Assembly (NCBI GenBank): GCA_963737155.1
Contig: CAVTRN010000002.1
Location: 512,001-576,000, forward strand
From: Nitrospirota bacterium
Lineage (GTDB): Bacteria; Nitrospirota; UBA9217
Length of the DNA: 64,000 nt
Direction: 5' to 3'
Positions 30,060 through 40,322 of this stretch are shown here, one piece after another. The notes below the pieces were generated by a model. The model saw nothing but the letters and a program-made list of their open reading frames with translations. It made no database searches and was not told where the DNA came from. Positions within the stretch are counted from its first letter, which is position 1, and every line of letters begins with the position of its first letter. Both the position numbers and the translations under genes were made by a program.

Positions 30060-30637
30060 TGAAGCCTCCTGCCTCTTGAATTAATTACCCCATTAACGAA
30101 TTCTCAGCGGGAGGTTTCTTTTTGGGCAGTCTTGAAAATCATATTTCCCGGTATTTTAATGGGAGGTCTCACCTCATGCCCTGCCCCTATATAACCCGAG
30201 CATTCAACAGTACGCTAAAGAAGTCCTGGAAAATTGGCATTTGGATAGGCCTTCTATTCGTGGCAGCATCGATTGCCTGTGCCCAGGATTCGTCCAGGGA
30301 CGGTCAGACTCAGGCAGAGCAAAACACCCCAACAACCCGAGAAAGAGTTCATCACCGGCATGTGTGATCGAGATATCTCTTGATCGGAATTCTGTGAAGA
30401 CCGCGTTCTATAAGACAAATGGCACCTTTCCCATCGATGCCAAAGTCAAAAATATCAGCGATACGGGCCAGGAGATTATCATATGGACGCAATATGGATG
30501 TTCATGGATATATGTTTGCCCCGAGATATCACCCGGCATTGAGGCAGCAAACCTCAAGCGCGGCTTACAAAGACTGGGCGGGTCATGAATATTTACCATG
30601 CTTTGATCCGGATTGCCGACAGAAAGGCGGTGCTAGA

Positions 30638-30910
30638 ATGTATCACGGTACAGAGGGTATACATCAGCTTGCGATGGGCGCGGCGGCGATCATGGGTTTC
30701 CTTATTCTGGTTGCGGTGGCCTTTTGCATTTTATGGGTTTATGTTGTCGTTGATATAATGCGAAGTGAGTTCACCGTCCCGACAAACAAGATTGTGTGGC
30801 TGTTACTCGTTCTTTTTGTCGGGCCTTTGGGTATAACTCTGTATTATTTCATTGGACGAGACCAAAGGGCAAACAAAACGGATCCGGGCACAGACTTGCC
30901 TCATCGGTGA
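30638..30910 (+). CDS. small membrane protein, PLDc_N-like
   Basis: LWVYVVVDI..F...NKIVWLLLVLFVGPLG..LYYFIG. Confidence 0.8.
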   Translation: MYHGTEGIHQLAMGAAAIMGFLILVAVAFCILWVYVVVDIMRSEFTVPTNKIVWLLLVLFVGPLGITLYYFIGRDQRANKTDPGTDLPHR

Positions 30911-31344
30911 CCGGGATAAGGTGAAAAGATGATAAAAATAATTGATATCAGCCGCTGCAGGTTTGGGGCGATGGCCCAGGCGGGACTACAAAGAAGGCGA
31001 AGATTCGGGAAATAAAATAAATTGCGCCTGACCACATAAGCCGGTAAAAAGCCCTGAACGCTGCAATTTCAGATCCCCCAAAAACAGGAAGGTTTTAATA
31101 GGTAATTGCTCCCTTGTCAAAGTAGTGCCGGCATGTGGCTCGCAGGGGGAGATGAAAGACAAGGGTACTTTCTGAAGTCTGTAGCGGTAGCGTCTCTCGG
31201 AACTCGTATATTTTCTGTTCTCTTTTTACTTAAATCTGTCGCTCATCTGCGGGTTTGCAGGAACAGGCGAACCGTTCCTAAAAACATAGTATTTTATTTC
31301 TCATAACTATGACGGCAGCCGAACAGTGCTGCTGCCGGTTAACG

Positions 31345-33033
31345 TCAGGGATTCCCGCCCTGATTCGCCCAAGTCCCGTTGTTTGCTGATCGGGATTGCT
31401 TCTGGCGCCTTTTCAGCAAGACTGCTGCTGGCAGGTGGCCCGGAGAATTGCGCTGTCGACGGGATGATGGCTTCTTCTGCATTTCAGCGCAGCCTGGGGA
31501 GTCCTGTAAGGACCGTCGTTGGTAGAGACTGTGATGATTTCCACAACCTCCCCGAGTCTTCATCTTGCTCCAAAACTTCCAGATGTGCTCCTCTCGATTC
31601 CTTGCAGGTAGAGGGGAGGCGGTTCTGCCTGGTATGGGAGACTCGGAATATCCTTGAACTCTTCTCGCGATAGCAAGCGCCGCTGCTTCATGCGGCGAGA
31701 TGCCATGAATAGACATATAATTGTTTCTGCCGATAACGGATGTGTAAGCAGGATTCACGGAGAGCACACCGACGCCTGCCTTAAATGCTCTGCGGTCAAG
31801 CATGTTTAAAAAGGTGGAATAGGCGAACCCGGACAGCATCCGCGCATACGTTACTCCCTGCTCCTTGAGAGATGCTTTCTTCTTTTCGAAGTCAAGAGTT
31901 TCATGAGCGACGGGTTTCCCGGTTTTAATTGACCGGTCGATAATGCCGACGCAGATATCACCGTAAGTTGCCTCGGTCTGTTCCGTGGTTCTGTCTTTTA
32001 TACATGCAGCATACGTTGTGTGCCAGACAAGATTGCCGAACCGGTCAGTCTCGGAAACAGCAATCTCTTTTTCGTTTACATCTACACCAATACATCCGAT
32101 TTCTTGCGGTTTCCCGGTAATTGTTTCTCTTTGGGGGATATCAACTGAAGAATACAGATACCAACCCTTCTCGCCACGGACAAACCGGTGGGTGATTGCC
32201 TGGCCGCGCAGGAGTGCCTGCTCAATATATTCCTGCCCGTAAGGATATGTTACGGTAGGCACCATGATGTGTTTACCGTATTTTTTGGCAAGATAGTTTG
32301 GGACCCGTATCCTGAGCGACCCGTCGATGCCAAGCGTGCAGGTCTGGTTGCCGGCCGTTTCATCCTTCGATCCCAGACAAAACGATGAAGAGCTTCGGGC
32401 AGCCTTCCAGGCAGACAGCCAGTTATTGTGGGATTTATAATCGTTTTCAGAAAGGTTAAACTGCTTGTGGAAAAGTTTCTTTGTCCCAAAGCAAATCCTG
32501 CTTCGGCCTTTGTCCAAATCGTATTTCAGCTTTTCCAGTTTCTGCACCGATGAATGGAGCGTCCGTTTTTTGTTGTGGACCGCAAAACGGAGAGACTTCA
32601 CGCTGGTCGTTTTCTCATATTCGGACAATTCCGTGTCTTTGCGTATGTCAATGATACTGTTCTCTCTGGTTTTAATCCATTTTCTCGCAGATTTTATTTT
32701 GTGCTCGAGCTTTTCAACCCGTAGTTTTAATACCTCAACCGCGGAGCTGATATTGCCGTCAAGATCGTAGCGGATAGCGTTAAACTGCCGGGCGGTGATA
32801 CCATACCTGACAAGATACTCATTTTTGAATGAAATGGGTTTGTTGCCGGAACGAACGCTGTCTTTAAAGAGAGAGCGTTTGATGTGCCCGTATGAGTCGC
32901 CGATATCGTCAAGAACATGATAAAGAGACTTCTTTGTGTCCAGGTAAGACATGTCAATCAGCAAAGTTTGAGCGGTAAAAGAAAGTGCTTCACTTTTGCC
33001 GCTCTTGCCCATTTTATCCTTATTACTTGCCAT
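31345..33033 (-). CDS. tnpB: IS607-associated TnpB-like protein (562 aa, no zinc finger)
   Basis: IGVDVN, VAHETLDF, VNPAYTS, PHEAAALAIARR. Confidence 0.85.
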   Translation of the reverse strand: MASNKDKMGKSGKSEALSFTAQTLLIDMSYLDTKKSLYHVLDDIGDSYGHIKRSLFKDSVRSGNKPISFKNEYLVRYGITARQFNAIRYDLDGNISSAVEVLKLRVEKLEHKIKSARKWIKTRENSIIDIRKDTELSEYEKTTSVKSLRFAVHNKKRTLHSSVQKLEKLKYDLDKGRSRICFGTKKLFHKQFNLSENDYKSHNNWLSAWKAARSSSSFCLGSKDETAGNQTCTLGIDGSLRIRVPNYLAKKYGKHIMVPTVTYPYGQEYIEQALLRGQAITHRFVRGEKGWYLYSSVDIPQRETITGKPQEIGCIGVDVNEKEIAVSETDRFGNLVWHTTYAACIKDRTTEQTEATYGDICVGIIDRSIKTGKPVAHETLDFEKKKASLKEQGVTYARMLSGFAYSTFLNMLDRRAFKAGVGVLSVNPAYTSVIGRNNYMSIHGISPHEAAALAIARRVQGYSESPIPGRTASPLPARNREEHIWKFWSKMKTRGGCGNHHSLYQRRSLQDSPGCAEMQKKPSSRRQRNSPGHLPAAVLLKRRQKQSRSANNGTWANQGGNP

Positions 33034-33589
33034 TTTCCATGGCCTCCAGAGCTTTTTTTGCTTTATTGGCCGCTGACCGGCGTCCGTAGAGCCTTGCGCA
33101 AAACGATGTCAATACTTCAATCATGTCCAGCACCAGATCGTCCTTACGTTCGGTCTGGTCTACAATAATAAGTTGACGACCTTGAGCTCGAAGTGCCGAT
33201 TCTACATACTCAGATCCAAACCGCATAAGCCGGTCACGATGCAAGGCGACAATAATACTGATGTTGGAGTCGGCAAGCAGCTTCATGAGTTTTGGCCTGT
33301 GCCCATTAAGACCAGATCCAACCTCAGACACCGCTTTTGAAACTGACAACCCTATGGAAGCGGCATATACGGAAAGCCGCCCGAGCTGCCCGTCCAGGTC
33401 TTTCTTTTGGTCATGACTGGATACCCGGGCATAAAGAGCAACAGAACCTTGGGCAGTTTTCTGCTCTTTTATAATGATGGTTCCGGTAGGCATCTGCTCA
33501 GCCTCAACCGGCAGCTTGCCAGCCTTCCACCATTTCCATGCCGCTTGATAGGTTATACCTTGTTGCTTTGCCCATACGCTTAGCTTCAT
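33023..33589 (-). CDS. tnpA: IS607 serine transposase TnpA
   Basis: N-terminal HTH, YARVSS, GSGLNG.RPKL, RDRLMRFG, ARLYGRRS. Confidence 0.95.
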   Translation of the reverse strand: MKLSVWAKQQGITYQAAWKWWKAGKLPVEAEQMPTGTIIIKEQKTAQGSVALYARVSSHDQKKDLDGQLGRLSVYAASIGLSVSKAVSEVGSGLNGHRPKLMKLLADSNISIIVALHRDRLMRFGSEYVESALRAQGRQLIIVDQTERKDDLVLDMIEVLTSFCARLYGRRSAANKAKKALEAMENGK

Positions 33590-33740
33590 AAATACATTAT
33601 ATCATATAAAATTATATTATACAATATAAATATTAACAGTATTCCACCCTTTTTAATCAACAGCAAGTGCAGAAAAGCTCAGGACATATATATGAGACAA
33701 AAATGGTGTCGCCGGACTTTCTGTCGGTATAAAAGACCAT

Positions 33741-33920
33741 ATGAACGGCTATGATACCGAAGTTATCGAGATGCACACCTTGCCCGGCGGCCAATGCACG
33801 GCGTGGGATAGAAAAGGATACCGTTTCGACTACTGCCTGCACTGGCTGGTAGGAACCGCAGAAGGGCCGTTCAATGATATCTGGAGGATCGTCATTCGCT
33901 TTAATCGACTTCTTTTGTAG
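33741..33920 (+). pseudogene. fragment of a phytoene-desaturase-like FAD oxidoreductase
   Basis: MNGYDTEVIEMHTLPGGQCTAWDRKGYRFDYCLHWLVG; lacks the GxGxxG start and the rest of the protein. Confidence 0.7.
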
Positions 33921-34050
33921 CAGGGATTTGCGGGAAGCGCTGCATTTCGACACGAGATTCACGGCTGTGCTATTGACCTCGGTGATCTAGAGGAGTACAT
34001 TTAATAAGACCTCCGGAATAATGCTATTATGAATGGAGGGGGTGATAGCA

Positions 34051-34254
34051 ATGAGGTACAGCATGACGTGCAGTTGTGGTGATGAGATAACGGCTCGGGC
34101 AAGGACAAGAGATAAAGCTGTCAAGAAGATGAAGGCTTTGCTGAACGAAGATGCGGTATACGAACACATGGCACAGAAACACCTCGGAGATGCGGTACCC
34201 GCCATCGAACACGTTCACGAGGTTATAGAGCAAAATCTGAAAGATTCCGCCTGA
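34051..34254 (+). CDS. small DUF1059-like metal-binding protein
   Basis: MTCSCG..ITA..EHM..KH; strong RBS GGAGG. Confidence 0.7.
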   Translation: MRYSMTCSCGDEITARARTRDKAVKKMKALLNEDAVYEHMAQKHLGDAVPAIEHVHEVIEQNLKDSA

Positions 34255-34827
34255 AATCCAGTAATACGCGTCTTCCGTAATCTTGATATAAAGTCATCCC
34301 TGCCGTATCCACGGTGCGCTAGCCATTGCCTTATATGTTTCGCTTACAAGGTACCTTCACTCGCGCTTAGGCTAGCAGAAGGCAGGAAGAATGATCTTTT
34401 CTTCCATCCAAGTTGACACCCTTGCATGTTGAGGCCGAAGGATTCATGAATTTCCTCGATCCGTATTCACCTTTTAAAAAAGGTGGAAAGGCCAGCCTAT
34501 CATGTCTCGAATATTCCTTGTTGGCCTGATGGAATGAAGTACACCCTTTCCGTAATTGAACTTTGCAGTAGTTGCGACTTATCGAACCCGTACAGTTTAT
34601 GCCGAATTCGTGATAGCAATCCCAATAATCCTTGACTGACCAAAACTTTTTTGCGATAATAAAAACTACTCTGTGACTTGAGTTTTTCGGCTATACGAGT
34701 CAGGAGGGGTGTTCCTTTTGAAATCAACTGTCACGGGCATAAGCACGTGGGTATCTACATATGACGAACACTCACCCGCGATGCACGGCGGATATACACG
34801 GTGAGGAACGGATAAGGAGATACCCTC

Positions 34828-35760
34828 ATGCCGAAAGCGAAAATTCTTTACATCGAAGACAGTGAGGCTCAAGGAACAATCACAAAGAAATTCTTAGAGG
34901 ACGGCGGGTATGAGGTGACCTGGGTCCACGAAGGGATGTCTGCTTTTCGAGTAGCTAAGACACAACCTGTCGATGTCATATTGCTCGACCGCGTTTTGCC
35001 GGATATGGACGGAAGCAGGGTGTGCGGTTGGCTCAAGCAAAATGAGCGTACCAGGGGAATTCCGATTATTATGCTCACGGCCATGAATACCACAGCTCAG
35101 AAAGTCCAGGGATTAGAGGCTGGCGCCGACGATTATCTTGCCAAACCGTATGAGGAAATAGAGTTGAGCGCCCGGGTGTATGCCGCATTGAGGACGAAGA
35201 ACCTCAGAGAGGAGCTGAGCCGGAAGAACGACGAATTGCAAATGATGATCAAGAAAGTCGAGGCCCTGTCTATTACAGACGCGCTGACCGGGCTTTTCAA
35301 CAGAAGACGGTTTGAGGAGGCGCTGGATTCGGAATTTAACAAAGCCAGCAGATACAAGTTACCCCTCAGTTGCATGATGGTGGACATTGACCACTTCAAG
35401 GACGTAAATGACACCTATGGCCATCCCGTTGGAGACGCGGTCATCAAAGACATTGCGTTGATCCTTAAGCAAAGCGTCAGAGGCGTAGATATGTTATCCC
35501 GCTGGGGCGGAGAGGAGTTTATCGTGCTTGCCCCGATGACGCCAAAAGAAGACGTGATGTATCTAGCGCGTAGAATCTTAAAAACAGTAGCCGATCACGT
35601 CTTTGCGGGTATGGGCGACAAGAGAGTGACCATTAGTATCGGAATCGCCGATCTATCCAGCCCCGGCAGCGACGCAGCATGTAGATTGGTCCAAGCGGCC
35701 GATAATGCCTTGTACGCGGCAAAAGATAAAGGGAGGAACAGAATTGAAACGGCGGGGTAA
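34828..35760 (+). CDS. response-regulator diguanylate cyclase (REC-GGDEF)
   Basis: REC domain; DALTGLFNRR, DIDHFK.VND.YGH..GD, RGVD I-site, GGEEF. Confidence 0.95.
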   Translation: MPKAKILYIEDSEAQGTITKKFLEDGGYEVTWVHEGMSAFRVAKTQPVDVILLDRVLPDMDGSRVCGWLKQNERTRGIPIIMLTAMNTTAQKVQGLEAGADDYLAKPYEEIELSARVYAALRTKNLREELSRKNDELQMMIKKVEALSITDALTGLFNRRRFEEALDSEFNKASRYKLPLSCMMVDIDHFKDVNDTYGHPVGDAVIKDIALILKQSVRGVDMLSRWGGEEFIVLAPMTPKEDVMYLARRILKTVADHVFAGMGDKRVTISIGIADLSSPGSDAACRLVQAADNALYAAKDKGRNRIETAG

Positions 35761-35906
35761 GAAATGACCCCTGCAGCGGAGCAGCAAGGGCAACATGAGA
35801 ACTTAAAACCTATTTGCTCACGATGCTGATTTATAGTCCTGAACTCCGACACTATGCAAATTATGGCATATAAGACTGGGTATTTACGAACCACAATCAG
35901 ATCGAT

Positions 35907-36329
35907 TTACTGGGGGGGTGGAACTATAACCACTCTATTTCGGCGATTTTCTGACCGGCCTTGTATGCCTAAGCCTTTTTTCCTGAAGGCCATTGTGTAA
36001 ATCCACACATTGACGATGATAAGAACGATGGTCGATACGAAGACGAGCGTGGTTGAGACATCAGCATAAACAAGCTGCTCTGCGTAGTGGGCGATGAACG
36101 AACCCGGATAAACTTGCGCCGTGCCCTGTTTTTCTCTAAGCCAGACCTCAAGATGCGTGAGAGGGCAGTACCATCCGAATATCTGACTGGCAACTGCGAA
36201 GCCAAATCCCGCCCCCTGAATCAGCATAACTTCACCTTTTTTTCTACCCCAGTACGCACCGCCAATGAGAAAAAGTATCCAGAAAAGATGGACAACAACG
36301 ACGATGTCTGCAAGGACTCGGTAAAACAT
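35907..36329 (-). CDS. DUF2784 family membrane protein
   Basis: LADIVVVVH, WYCPLTHLE, SFIAHY. Confidence 0.85.
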   Translation of the reverse strand: MFYRVLADIVVVVHLFWILFLIGGAYWGRKKGEVMLIQGAGFGFAVASQIFGWYCPLTHLEVWLREKQGTAQVYPGSFIAHYAEQLVYADVSTTLVFVSTIVLIIVNVWIYTMAFRKKGLGIQGRSENRRNRVVIVPPPQ

Positions 36330-36558
36330 AAAATGTTCACCCTCCTGATATCGTCTAGTCCCGCGTCTTTTCCCGATGCGAAGCGTCCTGAAATTAAGGG
36401 GGATACTATGTGTATATATCCTCTTATATATTTTGATTGAGAGTCAGCAGGCGGTTGTGAACTCATATACCCTTCGTTGAAAGCGTTTTCATAACTTACA
36501 ATGGAATCTTGTTGAAGCAAGTAGGAAACTGTGTCAAAAGCCGGTAGCGGCCTGATTC

Positions 36559-37689
36559 CTACTCTTCTCCCAGCTCCATTATCGCGGCCAAATAACCCAT
36601 GATGTCCTTGAGGGAGATAATGCCTACAAGCCGCTCGTTTTTCACTACCATGAGCCTGCTGTTCCCCGTTTTCCCCATCATTGAAAGGGTCTGCAAGGCG
36701 TCGGCGCCGGACTCGACGCTGTTTTCGACTGAGCACCGGTCGAGCCGCTCACCCACTGTGTTGCGGTCCCATTCTTCCTGTGGAATTATCTTTACCCGCT
36801 GGGTTGTAATGCACCCGAGGAGTTTGTCGCCCTCCACAACAGGAAACATCTTGAAGTGGTACCGGTAAATGTAGGCTTCCACCAGTACCTTGATGGTGAT
36901 CGACGGCGGCGTAGTAACGGGTTGCGGGTTCATAAACCGTTCGACGGTCTTGCCTGCCAGCGCGTTGTGAAACATGGTCTGCCGGTAGGACGACTCGGCA
37001 GCGGAGCGGAGGAACATGCCTATCATGAACTGCCAGAGACCACCGATAACGTTGCCGAGGAAAAGATTCGCAACGCCGATAAGCATGAGGAAGACGCCGA
37101 AGCCCGATCCGATTTGCGATGCGATGCGCGTTGCCTTGCGCAGGTTCTTTTTCCAGTGCCACAAGGCTGCTCGAAGCACACGGCCGCCGTCAAGCGGGAA
37201 CGCCGGAACCATATTGAAGAGCGCAAGGATCCAGTTAATAGATGCCAGATATGAGAGCACGCCATAAGTGTCGATAGTAGACGCAGCACCCTTCATCAAC
37301 AATGCCGCGGCATAAAACACCATCCCGAGAACGACGCTGGAGATTGGGCCAGCCACTGCCATGAAAAACTCGGTCTTCGGGCTATGGGGCTCATCTGCCA
37401 TTTCCGCCACGCCTCCGAAGATAAACAGAGTGATGCCTCGCATGGGAAGACCGAACCGCCGGGCGACGAGTGAGTGGCAGAACTCATGGAACAGGATCGA
37501 GAAAAACAGGCCCGCAGCTCCGGCGATGCCCATCCACCAGTATCTGGCAGGGGCAAGGCCCTGATAATAATGAGGGAACAGGCCGACGGATAGCGACCAG
37601 GTGACGAGAGCGGCGAGAATCAACCAGCTCAGGTCAACGCGAACCTCGAAGCCGAGAAAACGAAACAGCTTGATGCGTTTTCCGAACAC
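36559..37689 (-). CDS. site-2 protease (M50) with two CBS domains
   Basis: HEFCH, LFIFGGVA, AGP, FNMVPAFPLDGG, CBS pair; GTG start at 37689 with RBS. Confidence 0.93.
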   Translation of the reverse strand: MFGKRIKLFRFLGFEVRVDLSWLILAALVTWSLSVGLFPHYYQGLAPARYWWMGIAGAAGLFFSILFHEFCHSLVARRFGLPMRGITLFIFGGVAEMADEPHSPKTEFFMAVAGPISSVVLGMVFYAAALLMKGAASTIDTYGVLSYLASINWILALFNMVPAFPLDGGRVLRAALWHWKKNLRKATRIASQIGSGFGVFLMLIGVANLFLGNVIGGLWQFMIGMFLRSAAESSYRQTMFHNALAGKTVERFMNPQPVTTPPSITIKVLVEAYIYRYHFKMFPVVEGDKLLGCITTQRVKIIPQEEWDRNTVGERLDRCSVENSVESGADALQTLSMMGKTGNSRLMVVKNERLVGIISLKDIMGYLAAIMELGEE

Positions 37690-38411
37690 TGCCACCTCCC
37701 GAGTTTGTCTGCTATTCCTTATTATTATAACTCCCTTCGTCGTCGAGAGCATTCATCCCTGCGAGTATTCATGGCGGATTTTTCCAACCACTGACCTTAC
37801 CACTATGAATGTTTCATACAATTTTTACAGAGTTTTTAACGGGCTGCGGTGACGCAATAATCGATGGAGAGCGCAACATTTGTGAACTTAGCGGGTACAC
37901 TGCTTTGAGTTGAAATCTGGAATGTTGATACGCAACCTGTCCATCCGAGATTATTACTTTCTTGGGCGCCTTTTTAACGCCCATCCGAATTTATTCAAAA
38001 TATTTAGAGCCACATTTCCCTCGGTGTCGAGGCTGGAATGCAACGCATTGATATGACGGAGTAATTAAAAAATCTTTTGGGTCGTAACCGGTAAGCGGTT
38101 TGTTCGGCTGGATGAGTTTAAAAGAAGCAAGATAAATAGGTGTACTTGAATACTATTGTTTGCATGGAACGTACAAAGACGGTTATGCCCTTACTGGACT
38201 TGGGGTATCATGAAGAAAGAAGGGGTACTTGTTCTCTGTCAGGACGCCATGGTGCTCCTTGGCAGAAAACGAACCCCGTGCTTGGGATTTGTTTAGTACC
38301 CCATCGATGAGGAAATGTTAAAACCCGCACTCTTCATCCCGATCGTTAATGAAACCCCAATCCTCGTAACCGTTGAGGAACTTCCTCGTCGTTACCGCTG
38401 GAAGCCCTAAA

Positions 38412-38714
38412 TTAAAAGCCGGAAGCCTTTGAAAAAACGGTGGCCTGGTCATTCAGGAAATAAATATCAGGCTTGTCGATGACACCTGCTTTCTCCATAG
38501 TCTCCCTTAACTCCGCAGATTCAGAAAACGCCTTTGCACGGCCGATGTCTTTGGCCTCAAATAGAAGAATCACCTCATTTGTATCGTTTGCGCTGCGGAA
38601 AAGATGCTTCTCGGTAAGACCCGCCTCGATCCGCTTTGGAAGATGGGCATCGTAAGCTCGCTTCCATACAGAATAATCCCTGACTTTATGTCGAACAAGC
38701 ACATATGTAAGCAT
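38412..38714 (-). CDS. small dimeric alpha-beta barrel (cyclase/ABM-like) protein
   Basis: VRHKV.DY..WK..YD..R..AG..D.NEV..AF..S.EL...M..AGV...P; RBS GGAGG. Confidence 0.75.
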   Translation of the reverse strand: MLTYVLVRHKVRDYSVWKRAYDAHLPKRIEAGLTEKHLFRSANDTNEVILLFEAKDIGRAKAFSESAELRETMEKAGVIDKPDIYFLNDQATVFSKASGF

Positions 38715-39116
38715 TGATAACCTCCAATACTGCCGTTTTTTTGCCTTCTTCTGATTCAGTCCTTAAAAGACAACTGCCTCAACTAGCATTTCATCAATCG
38801 TAATTATATGCCTACTATAAAAATACCGCATATCTATGCGCTGTCAATACCACTTAAGTTTTGAAAAACATTTACATTAGGTCCGACATTCGAACCACTA
38901 CATAGTCTCATTCGGTTTTAGGAAAAACATAAAGCACCTTATATATGGGTCGGGCATGAGGTTAGACCTCCCCATTAAAATTCTGTGAGTGGCATCGGTA
39001 TAACTCATGTGTTTGAATAATGCGACAGTTCTCATTCCGAAAGGGAGGAGAAACGGGGAACGCAAACCATACCTTTGTGAGATACAGGAGATGTCAACTC
39101 GACTAAATACATTAGA

Positions 39117-40319
39117 TTACTGCAACGTGAAGTAGAACGTCGCGCCCTTCCCCACTTCAGCTTCAGCCCAGATACTACCACCGTGTCGGTGAATGATACG
39201 TTGCACGGTGGCCAGTCCGATACCTAGACCCGGAAAATCAGCGGTCTTATGAAGTCGCTGAAACGCATTGAATAATTTATTCGCGTATGCCATGTCGAAT
39301 CCAGCTCCGTTATCTCGGACAAAATATACGTCTCTGCCTCGCTTTTGCGTGACGCCGAATTCGATTCGCGCCGTTTCACACCTTCCTGTATACTTCCAGG
39401 CATTGCCAAGAAGGTTTTCAATCACGATATGCAGCATGGCGGAATCTCCATTGACGATTAGTCCGTCTGTGATGACGAGCTCCACATAACGGCCGGGTTG
39501 ACTTTTTCTGAGTTCTTCAGCCGTGGCCTGCGCTAACTGGCTCATATTCACCGGCATATAATTTATCTCGGTGCGTGTTAGCCTCGACACATTGAGCAGA
39601 GCGTCGATGAGCTGCCCCATCTTATTAGTGGCCTCACGTATGCGGTTGAGATAATCTTTACCATTGGCATCTAGCTTGTCTGCATATTCTTCAAGGATTG
39701 CGTGGCTAAAACCTCCAATGCTTCTGAGCGGAGCCCTCAAATCATGAGATACCGCATATGCAAAGGATTCCAGCTCTTTGTTCGTGATTTCCAGCTGCGC
39801 AGTACGATCAATGACGCGCTGTTCGAGTTCTTTGTTAAACTGTCGGATGCTTTCATCCGAAATTTTTCGTGAATTTGCCGCTCCGATAAGCCCGGCGATC
39901 GCTAAATAGAGATCAAGAGTATCCTTTGCCAGAGAGGTGGATGACCGGTGCCCCACCATCATCACAGCGACTGGCCGGTTTTCGTGAAGTATGGGCAAGA
40001 ATGCTGTAGCGATCGGATTCTTAGGTGAAAATGTAAAGAACGTGAGAAAACCGCTTTCAAAAACATCCCTCGCCGCTGCGATCACTTCCGGCTCAGATAT
40101 CTTTGTCGATGCGCCTCTTTCGGAAAATGCCCAGTGATTGATCTCAACGTCTCGATCATTACGGTAATTTACAAAGGTTACGACGTCGGCCCCAAATAGG
40201 TTAATGAGGACCCTTCCCGCCTCTTCCCAGATATCTTGTCCGGATGTCAGGCCGGCAAAATATTGCGCGGCATTTATAAACGCTTTTAACTGCTCTTTAT
40301 GAGAAAGTGATTTTATCAT
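39117..40319 (-). CDS. cytoplasmic histidine kinase with GAF-like N-terminal sensor
   Basis: FAYAVSHDLRAPL H-box, NLLGNAWKY, DNGAGF, GIGLA; no transmembrane segment evident. Confidence 0.93.
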   Translation of the reverse strand: MIKSLSHKEQLKAFINAAQYFAGLTSGQDIWEEAGRVLINLFGADVVTFVNYRNDRDVEINHWAFSERGASTKISEPEVIAAARDVFESGFLTFFTFSPKNPIATAFLPILHENRPVAVMMVGHRSSTSLAKDTLDLYLAIAGLIGAANSRKISDESIRQFNKELEQRVIDRTAQLEITNKELESFAYAVSHDLRAPLRSIGGFSHAILEEYADKLDANGKDYLNRIREATNKMGQLIDALLNVSRLTRTEINYMPVNMSQLAQATAEELRKSQPGRYVELVITDGLIVNGDSAMLHIVIENLLGNAWKYTGRCETARIEFGVTQKRGRDVYFVRDNGAGFDMAYANKLFNAFQRLHKTADFPGLGIGLATVQRIIHRHGGSIWAEAEVGKGATFYFTLQ

Positions 40320-40322
40320 GGT

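Larger units (their letters stand above)
31271..33640 (-). mobile_element. IS607-family element (serine recombinase TnpA plus TnpB-like)
   Basis: Overlapping tnpA/tnpB pair; AT-rich repetitive left end 33590-33640; right end ..TTTTTAGGAACGGT on the minus strand; boundaries approximate. Confidence 0.82.

Noticed and set aside
30200-30590. Frameshifted exported protein (signal-like IGLLFVAASIACA then a second frame)
   Set aside because: No family recognisable; cannot be distinguished from chance ORFs.
26022-31300. CRISPR array near either TnpB/Cas12-like gene
   Set aside because: No regularly spaced direct repeats and no cas1/cas2 seen; both genes sit inside IS elements with a tnpA.
34828-35760. 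Hypr GGDEF (cGAMP synthase) partner for the GEMM riboswitch
   Set aside because: The specificity position is Asp (GHPVGD), not Ser/Thr, so it looks like an ordinary diguanylate cyclase.
38280-38400. Possible cold-shock domain remnant on the minus strand (KFLNGYEDWGFI..F*HF)
   Set aside because: Too short and degenerate to support.
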